Of a stretch of 39,313 nucleotides of DNA, positions 38,599 through 39,313 are shown piece by piece (the stretch's first letter is position 1; each line of letters starts with the position of its first letter). The translations under genes and the position numbers were made by a program. Below the pieces are notes generated by a model, which saw only the letters and a list, made by a program, of their open reading frames with translations, was not told the origin of the DNA and did no database searches. Source of the DNA: a virus; the UHGV virus genome UHGV-0145328; one strand, given 5' to 3'.

Positions 38599-38976
38599 GT
38601 GAAACATAAACAACGTTGGGCGGGGGCAATCTGCTGTTTTGTCCTCTTCATTGTGGTGTGTCTTTTTCTGGCGACGCACATGAAAGGCGCTTTTCGGGCT
38701 GCCGGGCATCCTGAAATCGGTTTGCTATTTTTCATTCTTCCTGGTGCAGTTGCCAGCTTCTTTTCACATCGTAGAGAAGTCCTGAAACCTCTGTTTGGCG
38801 CAATGCTGGCGGCACCCTGTTCGATGCTCATTATGCGGCTGTTTTTTTCACCGACGCGCTCATTCTGGCAAGAGCTGGCATGGTTATTAAGTGCGGTGTT
38901 CTGGTGTGCGCTGGGGGCATTGTGTTTCTTATTTATCAGTAGCTTGTTTAAACCACAGCACAGAAAAAATCAATAA
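38599..38976 (+). CDS. ybjM: Inner membrane protein YbjM
   Basis: 125-aa hydrophobic protein between ybjL and grxA. Confidence 0.85.
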   Translation: MKHKQRWAGAICCFVLFIVVCLFLATHMKGAFRAAGHPEIGLLFFILPGAVASFFSHRREVLKPLFGAMLAAPCSMLIMRLFFSPTRSFWQELAWLLSAVFWCALGALCFLFISSLFKPQHRKNQ

Positions 38977-39000
38977 AGCCCTCAACGCGAGGGCTTGTCA
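38975..39000. terminator. Bidirectional hairpin terminator between ybjM and grxA
   Basis: AAGCCCTC-AACGC-GAGGGCTT stem-loop between convergent genes. Confidence 0.6.
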
Positions 39001-39005
39001 GACGA

Positions 39006-39278
39006 TCAGGCGTCCAGATTCTCTTTCACCCATGCAGCAAAATCGGTATAGCCGCCGATATGTTGCTGATCGACAAAAATCTGCGGCACGGTTTCTACGG
39101 GTTTACCTGCCTTTTGTTGTAGATCTTCTTTAGTGATCCCTTCCGCACGAATATCTACATACTGATACTGGAAATCATCGCGTTCATTGCTCAATTTCTC
39201 AGCCAGATCTTTTGCACGCACACAGTAAGGGCAACCCGGACGACCAAAAATAACGGTTTGCATTATTTCTCTCCTCAT
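39006..39278 (-). CDS. grxA: Glutaredoxin 1
   Basis: 90-aa ORF whose product begins at an internal Met, MQTVIFGRPGCPYCVRAKDLAEKL… with the CPYC active site. Confidence 0.9.
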   Translation of the reverse strand: MRREIMQTVIFGRPGCPYCVRAKDLAEKLSNERDDFQYQYVDIRAEGITKEDLQQKAGKPVETVPQIFVDQQHIGGYTDFAAWVKENLDA

Positions 39279-39313
39279 AGATTTATGCCTGTAATGATCA
39301 CGCTAAAATGTAT

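Noticed and set aside
1-39313. CRISPR arrays, tRNA/rRNA genes, IS elements
   Set aside because: I saw no short-repeat/spacer arrays, no tRNA-like cloverleaf at the att site, and no transposase ORFs or terminal inverted repeats beyond the prophage.

Overview
The window is a complete P2-family temperate prophage with a 186-like lysogeny module (about 35.9 kb, 590..36498), integrated between the E. coli genes rcdA/ybjK and ybjL and flanked by a 27-bp direct repeat (attL/attR). Host genes rcdA (left) and ybjL, ybjM, grxA (right) flank it. The prophage carries a syntenic P2-type gene set: int, cI, apl, cII, early genes, a Dam methylase, replication protein A, a LexA-box-controlled small operon ending in a DinI-like gene, and the full late morphogenesis, lysis and tail modules ending in ogr. 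Four loci hold AT-rich cargo that I consider the most interesting: (1) a 558-aa membrane/coiled-coil T5orf172-type protein between int and cI; (2) a two-gene cassette next to a cos-like site, encoding a HipA-like kinase core followed by a protein whose N-terminus may resemble the HipA N-terminal subdomain; (3) an antisense P-loop NTPase between tail genes S and V; (4) a lipoprotein moron. The prophage also has a Pin/Gin/Hin-type invertible tail-fibre segment and a programmed -1 frameshift in E/E-prime. All calls rest on reading the six-frame translations and on recalled family motifs; no database search was run.
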